DNA from: a virus | Reading direction: 5' to 3' (one strand) | IMG/VR virus record: IMGVR_UViG_3300043446_004500 | Coordinates: 32,001 to 96,000 of that record | Length of the DNA stretch: 64,000 nt | Translations under genes and position numbers: made by a program | The notes under the pieces: model-generated | What the model was told of the DNA's origin: nothing | What the model saw: only the letters and a program-made list of their open reading frames with translations | Databases searched by the model: none | Part shown: positions 1 through 9,468 of the stretch, piece after piece | Position numbering within the stretch: position 1 is the stretch's first letter | Layout of the letters: each line of letters starts with the position of its first letter

Positions 1-360
1 TTTCTAAAAGTTCGTGAGACTTTAACTCGTATCGGAGTTGCTTCAAGAAAGGAAAAGAAAATCTATCAATCTTGCCATATTCTTCACAAGCAAGGTAGAT
101 ATTACATCGTTCATTTTAAAGAACTATTTGCCCTTGATGGCAAACATGCAAATCTTACAGTGAATGATGTTCAAAGACGTAATCGTATTGCTCGTCTTCT
201 TGCGGATTGGGGTTTGATTACTGTTGTAAAACCAGATTCTGTTGCTGATATTGCTCCTCTGAATCAAATCAAAGTTCTTTCTTATAAAGATAAGAGTGAT
301 TGGATTCTTGAGCAGAAATATAACATTGGTAAAAAGGGAAAGGTTCAGGAAACCGAATGA
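1..360 (+). CDS. regA: RegA translational repressor (5'-truncated by window)
   Basis: Frame 1 is open from base 1: FLKVRETLTRIGVAS...CHILHKQGRYYIVHFKELFALDG, the RegA signature. Confidence 0.95.
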   Translation, partial: FLKVRETLTRIGVASRKEKKIYQSCHILHKQGRYYIVHFKELFALDGKHANLTVNDVQRRNRIARLLADWGLITVVKPDSVADIAPLNQIKVLSYKDKSDWILEQKYNIGKKGKVQETE

Positions 361-367
361 TTTTGTA

Positions 368-391
368 GGGAGTTCAACACTCCCTTTTTTT
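368..391 (+). terminator. Intrinsic terminator after regA
   Basis: GGGAGT-tcaac-ACTCCC followed by a T run. Confidence 0.7.
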
Positions 392-467
392 GTATTTGTT
401 GTATAATTAATATTGGATGCCATAAGGGTCCACAAAACACAAACTCGCTTTAAAAGGAGCTACCATA

Positions 468-902
468 ATGACTAACATTGCACGTTATACTGCTGCGGAT
501 CTTCCTACTCTGATGGATAAGATTACCAAAAACAGTATTGGATTGGATGAATATTTTGATCGTATTTTCAGTCTTCATGAAACGACTTCTAACTATCCTC
601 CATATAATCTGGTTCAAGTTAGTAATGTAGAATCTAGACTGGAACTTGCACTTGCTGGATTTAAAAAGAATGAAGTATATGTTTACACTCAAGACGGTAA
701 ACTGTTTATTGAGGGTCAAAAAGAAGATAAGGAAACAGATACCAAGTATGTTCACAAAGGTTTGGCTCAAAGGTCATTTACACGTTCATGGACACTCTCT
801 GACGACACGGAAGTTAGATCGGTTGATTTTGAAGATGGTCTTTTGACAGTGACTCTTGGTAGAATTGTTCCTGAGCATCATAAGAGAAAAGATTATCTCT
901 AA
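468..902 (+). CDS. hsp20: Small heat shock protein Hsp20
   Basis: NYPPYN, LALAGF and DGLLTVTL alpha-crystallin motifs; usual position after regA. Confidence 0.95.
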   Translation: MTNIARYTAADLPTLMDKITKNSIGLDEYFDRIFSLHETTSNYPPYNLVQVSNVESRLELALAGFKKNEVYVYTQDGKLFIEGQKEDKETDTKYVHKGLAQRSFTRSWTLSDDTEVRSVDFEDGLLTVTLGRIVPEHHKRKDYL

Positions 903-914
903 ATAAAAATAAAA

Positions 915-1076
915 ATGAAAACTTTCCAGGAATTTGTTTCTATTATTAAAGAAATGAAAGGTGATTATGGATCTGGAGTTAAACCATCAAAACCAAAATG
1001 TGGTTCAGAAGGAACCACATCATATGCGATGCTTCCTGGAAAGAAAGTTTGCAAGTTTCACAGAAAACGTGAGTGA
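915..1076 (+). CDS. 53-aa basic protein with capsid-targeting-like leader (MKTFQEFVSIIKE)
   Basis: Manual translation, not in the ORF track; CTAAATA late-promoter-like site at ~899. Confidence 0.7.
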   Translation: MKTFQEFVSIIKEMKGDYGSGVKPSKPKCGSEGTTSYAMLPGKKVCKFHRKRE

Positions 1077-1103
1077 TAAATAAAATTGAATATCGTCGGC
1101 GCA

Positions 1104-1156
1104 GAGGAGCACCTGGCAAAAACCAGGTTGACTCCTCCTTTTTTTGTTGCTAGAAT
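1104..1156 (+). promoter_or_regulatory. Terminator hairpin overlapping a sigma70-type promoter
   Basis: GAGGAG..CCTGG/CCAGG..CTCCTC plus T run; TTGACT (1128) - 17 nt - TAGAAT (1151). Confidence 0.7.
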
Positions 1157-1177
1157 AGTAGGAGGCACGGAGTAAAA

Positions 1178-1573
1178 ATGACTGTAAAACTGGTTTTGTT
1201 AAAATCTGGAGAAGATATTATTACAGATCTTCAAGAAATGGTTATTCCTGTAAAAAATCAAGAAGAAATTGAGGAAAAGGTTGTTGGATATTTCTTCAAT
1301 AAACCTTGTATTATAAGCATGAAATCTCCAGAAATTATTGTAGAAACTGATGATATGCCAGCACAAAATAAGATAGAAATTAAATTGAGTCCATGGATTC
1401 CTCTATCTAAAAGTGCTAAAGTTCCAGTTCCACCAGATTGGGTTGTCACTATTGTGGACCCTATTGATAAAGTTAAAGAAATGTATGAAAATCAAGTATT
1501 AGAGACTGAAAAAAATGAAACCAATCAAGATATTAGTATTGACCAACAATCTGATTCTGATCAGTCAGATTGA
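1178..1573 (+). CDS. Conserved T4-like cyanophage protein (Sm-like fold type)
   Basis: VKLVLLKSGEDII...LSPWIPLS...DWVVTIVDP; typical gene upstream of gp43. Confidence 0.7.
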   Translation: MTVKLVLLKSGEDIITDLQEMVIPVKNQEEIEEKVVGYFFNKPCIISMKSPEIIVETDDMPAQNKIEIKLSPWIPLSKSAKVPVPPDWVVTIVDPIDKVKEMYENQVLETEKNETNQDISIDQQSDSDQSD

Positions 1574-1772
1574 AGAAGTTTCTTCCGAACTTGGAGAACC
1601 TGATTGTAAATTAATTAAACCTTTTGTAATTGGAAAGGAAAGGACATTGGAACCTTTTCTATGCGAATATACTAAACAGGACACATTTATGATGAGTTCT
1701 GATAAGATTCTTACACTTGCTACTGCAACTCCAACTCTTCTTGAAAAATACGAGGACTTAATTAAAGAATGA
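1515..1772 (+). CDS. Conserved hypothetical protein
   Basis: ELGEPDCKLIKPF motif; overlaps the gp43 start. Confidence 0.7.
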   Translation: MKPIKILVLTNNLILISQIEEVSSELGEPDCKLIKPFVIGKERTLEPFLCEYTKQDTFMMSSDKILTLATATPTLLEKYEDLIKE

Positions 1773-4264
1773 GATTTTATACTAATGTCCAGATGATTGG
1801 AAATCAATTTCTGGTTCGTGGATATGAAAATGGCAAACACGTCATGTTTAAAGAAGAGTACTTTCCTACTCTTTTTGTAAAATCAAATAAACCGACAAAA
1901 TATAAAACACTTGAGGGTGAATTTGTAGAAGCAGTTAATCCAGGTACAGTTCGGGATTGTCGTGATTTTTACAAAAAATATGATTCTGTAGATAACTTTA
2001 AAATCTATGGAAATGACAGATACATCTATCAATATATTTCTGATAAGTATCCTGACGATGAAATTAAGTTTGACATTAGTAAAATTAAACTAGCAACACT
2101 AGACATTGAGGTAGCATCGGAGAATGGATTTCCAGATCCTAAAAACTGCGATGAAGAAATTCTTTTGATTACTATTCAAGATTATAATACGAAGAAAATT
2201 ACAACTTGGGGTACTAAACCCTATCAAAATACTAGAGAAGATGTAAAGTATATCTATTGCGAATCCGAGTATGCACTTTTAAATTCTTTCCTTCATACTT
2301 GGGAAAATAATATCCCAGAAGTCATTACTGGGTGGAATATTCAATTCTATGATATTCCTTATATTTGTGGAAGATTGACAAAAGTTCTTGGAGAAAAACG
2401 AATGAAAAGTTTTTCTCCATGGGGACTTGTGACTGAAAATGAAGTCTGGGCAAACAATAGGCAGCAGATATGTATGGATGTTGGGGGTATTACTCAACTA
2501 GATTATCTTGATCTTTATAAGAAATTTACTTATACTGCACAAGAAACATATCGTCTTGACCATATTGCTTCAGTAGAACTTGGACAGAAAAAGCTTGATC
2601 ACTCTGAGTTTGATACTTTCAAAGATTTCTACACTAAGGGTTGGAAAAAATTCGTAGACTATAACATCGTTGACGTAGAACTTGTTGACCGTTTGGAAGA
2701 CAAGATGAAACTGATTGAACTTGCGATTACGATGGCATATGACGCAAAGGTCAACTTTGCTGATGTGTTCTATCAAGTTCGTATGTGGGATAATATTATC
2801 TACACGTATTTAAAGAAACGAGATATTGTTATTCCCCCTAAGGATAAATCGGAAAAGAGTGAAAAGTATGCTGGTGCATATGTAAAGGAACCTATTCCTG
2901 GAGTTTATGATTGGGTTGTGAGTTTTGACTTGAACTCACTATATCCTCATTTGATCATGCAATATAATATTAGCCCAGAAACCTTGATGGACGAAAGGCA
3001 CCCATCCGTAAATGTGGATAAAATTCTAAACAAACAGATTACCTTTGAAATGTATAAGGATTATGCTGTATGTGCTAATGGGGCAATGTTCCGCAAAGAT
3101 GTTCGTGGATTTCTTCCTGAGTTGATGGAGAAGATCTACAATGAACGTGTCATTTTCAAAAAGAAAATGCTTGCTGCTGAGCAAGAGTATGAGAAGACAA
3201 AGAACAAGCAGTTAGTAAAAGAGATTGCACGGTGCAATAATATTCAGATGGCACGTAAGATTCAACTTAACTCTGCTTATGGTGCTATTGGTAATCAGTA
3301 TTTTCGTTATTACAAACTAGAAAATGCTGAAGCAATTACTCTTTCTGGGCAGGTATCCATTCAATGGATCATGAATAAGATGAATTCTTATTTGAATAAA
3401 ATTCTTAAGACAGGAAATGTAGATTATGTTATTGCTTCTGATACCGACTCTCTTTATGTTAATATGGGTCCTCTGGTTGAGAGTGTATTCAAGGGAAGAG
3501 AGAAAACTACTGAAAGCATTGTCTCATTCCTTGATAAGGTCTGTCAGATGGAATTTGAAAAGTATATTGAAAGTTCTTACCAAGAATTGGCTGAGTATGT
3601 AAATGCCTATGATCAGAAAATGTTCATGAAACGTGAATGTATTTCTGAACGTGGAATTTGGACAGCAAAGAAAAGATATATTTTAAGTGTCTGGGACAGT
3701 GAAGGTGTTCGTTATGAAGAACCTAAACTAAAGATCAAAGGTATTGAAGCAATCAAATCATCTACTCCTGCTCCTTGTAGGAAAATGTTGAAAGATTCAT
3801 TTAAGATTATGATGACTGGAACTGAAACTGATATGATCAATTATATTGATAAATGCAGATCGGAATTTAATAAATTCCCTCCAGAAGACATTTCATTTCC
3901 TCGATCAGCTTCAGATGTTCGTAAATATCAATCTTCTTCTGACATATATTCAAAAGGAACTCCAATACATATCAGGGGATGTATCTTGTTCAATCATTAT
4001 ATTAAGGACAAAAAACTAACAAAGAAATATTCTTTGATTCAGAATGGAGAAAAGATCAAGTTTTGCTATCTTAAGAAACCAAATCCAATTCATGAGAATG
4101 TAATCTCTTTCATTCAAGATTTTCCAAAAGAACTTGCCATAACTCAATATGTTGATTATGATACGCAGTTTGAGAAGGGATTTCTTGAACCACTTAAAAC
4201 AATTCTAAATGCAATTGGATGGAATTGTGAAAGAAAAATGACCCTTGATTCTTTCTTCATGTGA
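1769..4264 (+). CDS. gp43: Family B DNA polymerase gp43
   Basis: ExoI DIE, SFDLNSLYP, KIQLNSAYG and SDTDS motifs; uninterrupted. Confidence 0.98.
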   Translation: MRFYTNVQMIGNQFLVRGYENGKHVMFKEEYFPTLFVKSNKPTKYKTLEGEFVEAVNPGTVRDCRDFYKKYDSVDNFKIYGNDRYIYQYISDKYPDDEIKFDISKIKLATLDIEVASENGFPDPKNCDEEILLITIQDYNTKKITTWGTKPYQNTREDVKYIYCESEYALLNSFLHTWENNIPEVITGWNIQFYDIPYICGRLTKVLGEKRMKSFSPWGLVTENEVWANNRQQICMDVGGITQLDYLDLYKKFTYTAQETYRLDHIASVELGQKKLDHSEFDTFKDFYTKGWKKFVDYNIVDVELVDRLEDKMKLIELAITMAYDAKVNFADVFYQVRMWDNIIYTYLKKRDIVIPPKDKSEKSEKYAGAYVKEPIPGVYDWVVSFDLNSLYPHLIMQYNISPETLMDERHPSVNVDKILNKQITFEMYKDYAVCANGAMFRKDVRGFLPELMEKIYNERVIFKKKMLAAEQEYEKTKNKQLVKEIARCNNIQMARKIQLNSAYGAIGNQYFRYYKLENAEAITLSGQVSIQWIMNKMNSYLNKILKTGNVDYVIASDTDSLYVNMGPLVESVFKGREKTTESIVSFLDKVCQMEFEKYIESSYQELAEYVNAYDQKMFMKRECISERGIWTAKKRYILSVWDSEGVRYEEPKLKIKGIEAIKSSTPAPCRKMLKDSFKIMMTGTETDMINYIDKCRSEFNKFPPEDISFPRSASDVRKYQSSSDIYSKGTPIHIRGCILFNHYIKDKKLTKKYSLIQNGEKIKFCYLKKPNPIHENVISFIQDFPKELAITQYVDYDTQFEKGFLEPLKTILNAIGWNCERKMTLDSFFM

Positions 4265-4294
4265 TGTTATACTGATTTTATAGGTAAAAATTTT

Positions 4295-5302
4295 ATGGAT
4301 TTTCTTAAAGACATTGTAAAAGAAATTGGTGACGATTACACCAAACTCGCATCTGACATTGATGAAACAGAAACTTATGTTGACACAGGTTCGTATATTT
4401 TTAATGCACTGGTTTCAGGTAGTATTTTTGGTGGTGTATCTGGGAATAAGATTACTGCTATTGCTGGAGAGTCTTCTACTGGAAAGACTTTCTTCAGCCT
4501 CGCCGTTGTTAAGAATTTTCTTAATAATAATCCCGATGGTTATTGTCTCTACTTTGATACTGAGGCTGCCATTACTAAATCTCTCTTAGAAAGTCGTGGA
4601 GTTGACACATCAAGGATTGTTGTGGTTAACGTTGTCACTGTAGAAGAGTTTCGCACTAAGGCACTTAAAGCGGTTGATCTTTATATGAAGAAACCTGAGG
4701 AAGAACGTAGTCCGTGCATGTTCGTTCTTGATTCTTTGGGGATGCTCTCTACAAGTAAAGAAATTAATGATGCACTGAATGAAAAGGAAGTTAGAGATAT
4801 GACTAAATCTCAACTTATTAAAGGTGCTTTCCGAATGCTAACACTTAAACTAGGTCAAGCAAATGTTCCACTTATTGTCACAAATCATACATACGATGTC
4901 ATCGGAGCTTACGTACCAACGAAAGAAATGGGAGGAGGTTCTGGACTCAAATACGCAGCAAGTACGATCATTTATCTCAGCAAAAAGAAAGAAAAAGATG
5001 GAACAGAAGTGGTCGGAAATATTATCAAGGCTAAGACTGCTAAATCACGTCTGAGTAAAGAAAACAAAGATGTAGAAATTCGTTTGTTTTATGATGAACG
5101 TGGTCTTGATCGTTATTATGGTCTTCTTGAACTTGGTGAAATTGGTGGACTATGGAAAAATGTAGCAGGACGTTATGAGATTGATGGTAAAAAACTTTAT
5201 GCTAAACAGATTCTGAAAGAACCTGAAGTATATTTCACTGAAGAAGTAATGCAACAATTGGACGAAATCGCACGTAAGGAATTTAGTTATGGAGAAAGTT
5301 GA
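4295..5302 (+). CDS. uvsX: RecA-like recombinase UvsX
   Basis: Walker A GESSTGKT; VLDSLGML; MGGGSGLKY. Confidence 0.96.
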   Translation: MDFLKDIVKEIGDDYTKLASDIDETETYVDTGSYIFNALVSGSIFGGVSGNKITAIAGESSTGKTFFSLAVVKNFLNNNPDGYCLYFDTEAAITKSLLESRGVDTSRIVVVNVVTVEEFRTKALKAVDLYMKKPEEERSPCMFVLDSLGMLSTSKEINDALNEKEVRDMTKSQLIKGAFRMLTLKLGQANVPLIVTNHTYDVIGAYVPTKEMGGGSGLKYAASTIIYLSKKKEKDGTEVVGNIIKAKTAKSRLSKENKDVEIRLFYDERGLDRYYGLLELGEIGGLWKNVAGRYEIDGKKLYAKQILKEPEVYFTEEVMQQLDEIARKEFSYGES

Positions 5303-6620
5303 GTTTCTAATTCTTAGAAACCTATTGCATAATGAGGAGTTTATTAGGAAAGTACTTCCATTTTTAAAATCAGAATATTTTGAAGATCAAAATCAAAAAA
5401 TTGTATTTGAAGAGATTTCTTCTTTTGTTCAACAATACAACCAACTAGCAACTAAAGAAGTTCTTTTTATTGAAGTAGAAAAAAGAAAAGACATCAACGA
5501 ATCTTCTTTTAAAGAAGTTTCTCATTTAATTGATTGTTTGGACAACGTTGTAGTTGAATTAGAATGGTTGACAACTACAACAGAAAAGTGGTGTCGTGAC
5601 CGTGCCATTTATTTGGCATTGATGGAATCTATTCATATTGCTGATGGCAAGGATGAAAAGAAAAGTAGAGATAGTATTCCTTCAATTCTTTCTGATGCAC
5701 TTGCAGTAAGTTTTGATAATCATGTTGGACATGATTATTTGCTTGATTATGAAAAAAGATATGAAGCATATCATAAAAAGGAGGATAAAATTGAATTTGA
5801 TCTGGAATACTTTAACAAAATTACCAAAGGTGGTCTCCCTAACAAAACTCTTAATATCGCTCTTGCTGGTACGGGTGTCGGCAAATCTCTATTCATGTGC
5901 CACGTTGCTAGCTCCGTCTTGTTGCAAGGACGGAACGTTTTGTACATTACGTTGGAAATGGCGGAAGAACGAATTGCTGAACGAATTGACGCAAATCTCT
6001 TGAATGTTCCTATTCAAGATATTGTAGATTTGCCAAAACAAATGTTTGAGAACAAGGTCAACAACCTTGCAAAGAAAACTCAAGGATCACTTATAATTAA
6101 GGAATATCCAACTGCTTCAGCACATGCAGGACATTTTAAAGCACTTCTTAATGAACTTGCACTTAAGAAGTCATTTAGACCTGATATTATTTTTATTGAT
6201 TACCTTAATATTTGTGCTTCCTCTAGGTATAAGGGAAATCTTTCTGTTAATTCTTATTCGTATATTAAAGCAATTGCAGAGGAACTTAGAGGACTCGCCG
6301 TGGAGTTTAATGTCCCGATTGTCTCCGCTACTCAGACCACTCGTTCAGGGTATTGCTTGGACTTGAAAACACAAGTTCAAACACCGCAAGGTATGAAAGA
6401 ACTTTCAAATATTCAAGTTGGAGATTTGGTGCTTTCTAATACTGGTTATAATGAAGTTCTAAATGTCTTTCCAAAATCTAAAAAGAAATCTTATAAGATT
6501 ACTTTGGATGATGGTAAAGAAATCATTTGTAGTGAAGAACATTTGTTCCCAACTCAAAATGGTGAAGTGAATATCAAAGGGGGTTTGAAAGAAGGTATGT
6601 GTCTTTATGTAAAGGAATAG
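5289..6620 (+). CDS. gp41: gp41 DnaB-like helicase, N-terminal fragment (355 aa) fused to split-intein N half
   Basis: Walker A AGTGVGKS, IFIDYL; SATQTTRSGY is followed by intein start CLDLKT. Confidence 0.96.
   Translation: MEKVEFLILRNLLHNEEFIRKVLPFLKSEYFEDQNQKIVFEEISSFVQQYNQLATKEVLFIEVEKRKDINESSFKEVSHLIDCLDNVVVELEWLTTTTEKWCRDRAIYLALMESIHIADGKDEKKSRDSIPSILSDALAVSFDNHVGHDYLLDYEKRYEAYHKKEDKIEFDLEYFNKITKGGLPNKTLNIALAGTGVGKSLFMCHVASSVLLQGRNVLYITLEMAEERIAERIDANLLNVPIQDIVDLPKQMFENKVNNLAKKTQGSLIIKEYPTASAHAGHFKALLNELALKKSFRPDIIFIDYLNICASSRYKGNLSVNSYSYIKAIAEELRGLAVEFNVPIVSATQTTRSGYCLDLKTQVQTPQGMKELSNIQVGDLVLSNTGYNEVLNVFPKSKKKSYKITLDDGKEIICSEEHLFPTQNGEVNIKGGLKEGMCLYVKE
6354..6617 (+). mobile_element. 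Split intein N fragment (88 aa), gp41-1 type
   Basis: Begins with Cys (CLDLKTQVQTPQG); block B CSEEHLF; ends at a stop codon. Confidence 0.95.
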
Positions 6621-6625
6621 TATGT

Positions 6626-6665
6626 GTAAGTTCTACTTCTTATAAATAATAGTAGTATAACTTAC
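6626..6665 (+). promoter_or_regulatory. Late promoter TATAAATA inside a hairpin upstream of the endonuclease
   Basis: TATAAATA at 6641-6648; arms GTAAGTT-CTACT / AGTAG-AACTTAC. Confidence 0.7.
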
Positions 6666-6669
6666 TGAT

Positions 6670-7335
6670 ATGAAAGTAAAGATTTATTTGATTACCAACA
6701 CAGCAGTCAATCCACATATGTATTATGTTGGATTGACTAAAAATGAATTAAATAGAAGATTACAAGAACATATTACTCTTGGAAGGCACGAAGGAAATAA
6801 ACTTCTGTCTGATGCTATTATTGAATATGGTAAAAGAAACTTTACTATTGAGGTAATAGAAGAAGTTGATGAGAGTGAAGCAAGAATAAAAGAAGATTAT
6901 TATATTCGCAAATATAAATCTCATTATAGAGATGGGTGTGGATATAATATGAAATATGAAACTTGCAATCATGAGAAACACTATCACGGAGCAAATCAAG
7001 AACTAATAGAAGAGAATATTAGAAATGGTAGGGTGTGGAACTATGGAATAAGTTTTTCTACACAATCAAAAGAAAAAATGAGAAAAACTAAAAAACATAG
7101 ATACTCTCTTGGTCTTTATACTAAATTTAATACAAACCATACACAAGAAACAAAAGATAAAATATCAGAAAGTAAAAGAGGACAAAAACTTACAGAGGAA
7201 CATAAAAATAATATTTCTAAATCTTCTGTTGGTAGAACTTGGATTTATAATCCAGAGTTAGATGAAAGAAAGTTTGTAAAACAGGATGAGTTGGAAATGT
7301 TCTTGGAAAGTGGTTGGAAGAAAGGTAGGTTATAA
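6670..7335 (+). CDS. Free-standing GIY-YIG homing endonuclease with NUMOD3-type repeats
   Basis: KIYLITN...YYVGLT...RLQEH, GYN; HTQETKDKISES and TEEHKNNISKS repeats; sits between the intein halves. Confidence 0.88.
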   Translation: MKVKIYLITNTAVNPHMYYVGLTKNELNRRLQEHITLGRHEGNKLLSDAIIEYGKRNFTIEVIEEVDESEARIKEDYYIRKYKSHYRDGCGYNMKYETCNHEKHYHGANQELIEENIRNGRVWNYGISFSTQSKEKMRKTKKHRYSLGLYTKFNTNHTQETKDKISESKRGQKLTEEHKNNISKSSVGRTWIYNPELDERKFVKQDELEMFLESGWKKGRL

Positions 7336-7360
7336 ATAAACTTATAGTGTAAAAAAAAAG

Positions 7361-7804
7361 ATGGACGCACAAAATTTTCGTGGGATTCAAGAAGCATATA
7401 TGGAAGTTGTTAGTAACAATAATGAGTTGAGTGAAATGTCTTATAAAAAACTTCCTGTCGGCAAAATGATGAGAAAAGTTGAATATAGGGCAGAAAGAGA
7501 AGCAGATACGAGAGCAGATGCAGAAACAGCAGACACAACTGCTTTTATGAGTCATAATCGGGCATTAAGAGCACACAAACGCGCAGAAAGAAATAAAGAA
7601 AGAAGCAATAGAATGATAAATGTTGCTGATACTCATAGTAAGAAAGCAGCAAAGGCAAAATCAAAACTTAAAAAAGAACAAGTAGACCTATACGACATCA
7701 TTCTTTCGCACCTTCTTGATGAAGGATATGCTGAAACACCAGAAGCAGCAGAAGCAATTATGGTGAATATGAGTGAAGAGTGGAGAGATAGTATTATTGG
7801 TTGA
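7361..7804 (+). CDS. Late protein with conserved N tag and C tag around a basic core
   Basis: TATAAATA at 7331; C-terminal DLYDIILSHLLDEGYAETPEAAEAIMVNMSEEWR shared with 9469..10635. Confidence 0.8.
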   Translation: MDAQNFRGIQEAYMEVVSNNNELSEMSYKKLPVGKMMRKVEYRAEREADTRADAETADTTAFMSHNRALRAHKRAERNKERSNRMINVADTHSKKAAKAKSKLKKEQVDLYDIILSHLLDEGYAETPEAAEAIMVNMSEEWRDSIIG

Positions 7805-7825
7805 TAAAATCATAAAATCTTTCTC

Positions 7826-7865
7826 AACCACTCACCTTGCTTTTGGTGAGTGGTTTTGTTATAAT
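7826..7865 (+). promoter_or_regulatory. Terminator hairpin plus sigma70-type promoter for the gp41 C half
   Basis: AACCACTCACC/GGTGAGTGGTT stem; TTGCTT (7837) - 17 nt - TATAAT (7860). Confidence 0.7.
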
Positions 7866-7884
7866 GTGAATAGGTAAAAACTCT

Positions 7885-7995
7885 ATGATGCTGAAAAAAA
7901 TTCTAAAAATTGAAGAACTTGATGAAAGAGAACTTATAGATATTGAAGTGTCTGGAAATCATTTGTTCTATGCGAATGCTATTCTCACACATAAT
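7885..7995 (+). mobile_element. Split intein C fragment, gp41-1 type
   Basis: Ends His-Asn, followed by the Ser+1 nucleophile. Confidence 0.95.
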
Positions 7996-8307
7996 AGTAG
8001 TTCTGATGTTGAACTTACTGATACTAGTGAGTCCTTTGGTCTCCCTGCTACTGCTGATCTTATGTTTGCCCTTATTAGTACAGAAGAGTTGGAAGGGATG
8101 GGACAAATACTTGTGAAGCAACTTAAAAATCGTTATAATGATCCAACAATTTTCAAGAGATTTGTTCTTGGAATTGACAGAGCAAAAATGCGTCTTTATG
8201 ATTGCGAACAATCTGCACAAGATAATATACTTGACTCTGGACAAGAAGGAGAGTATGATTATGAAGAAAGAAAACCTAAAAAATCATTTGAAGGATTTAA
8301 ATTCTAA
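7885..8307 (+). CDS. gp41: Split-intein C half (37 aa) fused to gp41 C-terminal fragment (103 aa)
   Basis: MMLKKILKIEEL...NHLFYANAILTHN|SSSDVELTDTSESFGLPATAD...KQLKNRY. Confidence 0.96.
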   Translation: MMLKKILKIEELDERELIDIEVSGNHLFYANAILTHNSSSDVELTDTSESFGLPATADLMFALISTEELEGMGQILVKQLKNRYNDPTIFKRFVLGIDRAKMRLYDCEQSAQDNILDSGQEGEYDYEERKPKKSFEGFKF

Positions 8308-8308
8308 T

Positions 8309-8722
8309 ATGACACAAGTTATTGATACAAACAAATATATTGAATTCGTTCGTCAAACTACAAGTCCTGCAAGTAGTGATCTAGCACAACTTCTTGCTCG
8401 TATTACTGAACTTGAAGCACGGGATGATGCTGATGTTCCTCGTCTTCTGACTGCTGCTCTTGGTATGAGTGCTGAGGCAGGTGAGTTTACTGAGGTTGTC
8501 AAAAAAATCATCCTTCAAGGCAAACCTTATAATGAAGAAAATTCTTTTCACCTGAAACGTGAACTTGGTGACATCTGTTGGTATCTTTCTCAGGCATTTA
8601 TGGCACTTGATACTAACTTTGAAGAGATTCTTCAGATGAACTATGAGAAACTGAGTGCTCGTTATCCAGAGGGAACGTTTGACGTATGGAGGAGTGAAAA
8701 TCGTGTGGAGGGAGACCTGTGA
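8309..8722 (+). CDS. mazG: MazG-like NTP pyrophosphohydrolase
   Basis: AEAGEFTEVVKK, RELGDICWY, KLSARYP; ATG at 8309 preferred over 8138. Confidence 0.93.
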   Translation: MTQVIDTNKYIEFVRQTTSPASSDLAQLLARITELEARDDADVPRLLTAALGMSAEAGEFTEVVKKIILQGKPYNEENSFHLKRELGDICWYLSQAFMALDTNFEEILQMNYEKLSARYPEGTFDVWRSENRVEGDL

Positions 8723-8904
8723 GTAAAGAAAAACAAGTAACAATTAAAATGGATGCTCGTCAAGCAGCAGCAGTTCGTCAAATTCTTTTTGAGGCGCAAA
8801 AAGGATACACTTATGATGAAGTGAGTGTTCCTCCTCGTATTGCTGATGTTCGTTCTGTAATCCAAACTCTTGATGATAATATTGGTGCAGTTCTGGGTAT
8901 TTGA
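8719..8904 (+). CDS. Hypothetical protein
   Basis: ORF overlapping the mazG stop. Confidence 0.7.
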   Translation: MSKEKQVTIKMDARQAAAVRQILFEAQKGYTYDEVSVPPRIADVRSVIQTLDDNIGAVLGI

Positions 8905-8924
8905 TAAATACTTAGAAAACGACA

Positions 8925-9437
8925 ATGTATTTTTCTGAGTGGAGAAAACTTCAAAGAGACTGTGGGATGTTTAACATTTCGCAGTCTTTTGTTGCAGAAG
9001 GAATATCTAAAGATGATTTTGAAAAGATAGTTCATACCTTCTTGCCTTTTGTAAAAAAAGAATTGGGTATAAAGGAACTTCCAAAAATTCATTTTGTTGA
9101 TGATCCAAAGTTTGCAAAAAGAATCGCAGCATTTGGTCAAATTAAAGATAATCGTATTGTAATTGATATTCAGGGTCGTCAAACTATGGATATCTTGAGA
9201 ACAGTTGCTCATGAATTGACACATTATCGTCAACATAAAAGAGGAACTATTGGTAGTGGTCATGCAGGAAGTTCCACTGAAAATGAGGCAAACAAACTTG
9301 CTGGAACTATAGTAAGAAAGTTTGGTGAGAAACATTCTGGTCTATTTCAATTACCGTCAGTAAATGAAGCAAAGAAAAGAAAAAGAAGAAATATGATTGA
9401 TATTGATTCTGAGCATTATCCAATAGAGTTGTCTTGA
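8925..9437 (+). CDS. Putative zinc metallopeptidase (HExxH)
   Basis: TVAHELTHYRQH...ENEAN; GATAAATA upstream. Confidence 0.75.
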   Translation: MYFSEWRKLQRDCGMFNISQSFVAEGISKDDFEKIVHTFLPFVKKELGIKELPKIHFVDDPKFAKRIAAFGQIKDNRIVIDIQGRQTMDILRTVAHELTHYRQHKRGTIGSGHAGSSTENEANKLAGTIVRKFGEKHSGLFQLPSVNEAKKRKRRNMIDIDSEHYPIELS

Positions 9438-9468
9438 ATTATAAATAACTAGAAAGTAATTCGTAACA

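Noticed and set aside
415-467. RNA thermometer in the hsp20 leader
   Set aside because: A small hairpin is present, but pairing over the Shine-Dalgarno is too weak to support the call
5289-6620. gp41 as a truncated pseudogene
   Set aside because: The missing part is at 7996-8307 and both intein halves retain their catalytic residues
8138-8308. N-terminal extension of MazG from 8138
   Set aside because: It overlaps the gp41 C fragment in another frame; ATG 8309 follows the gp41 stop
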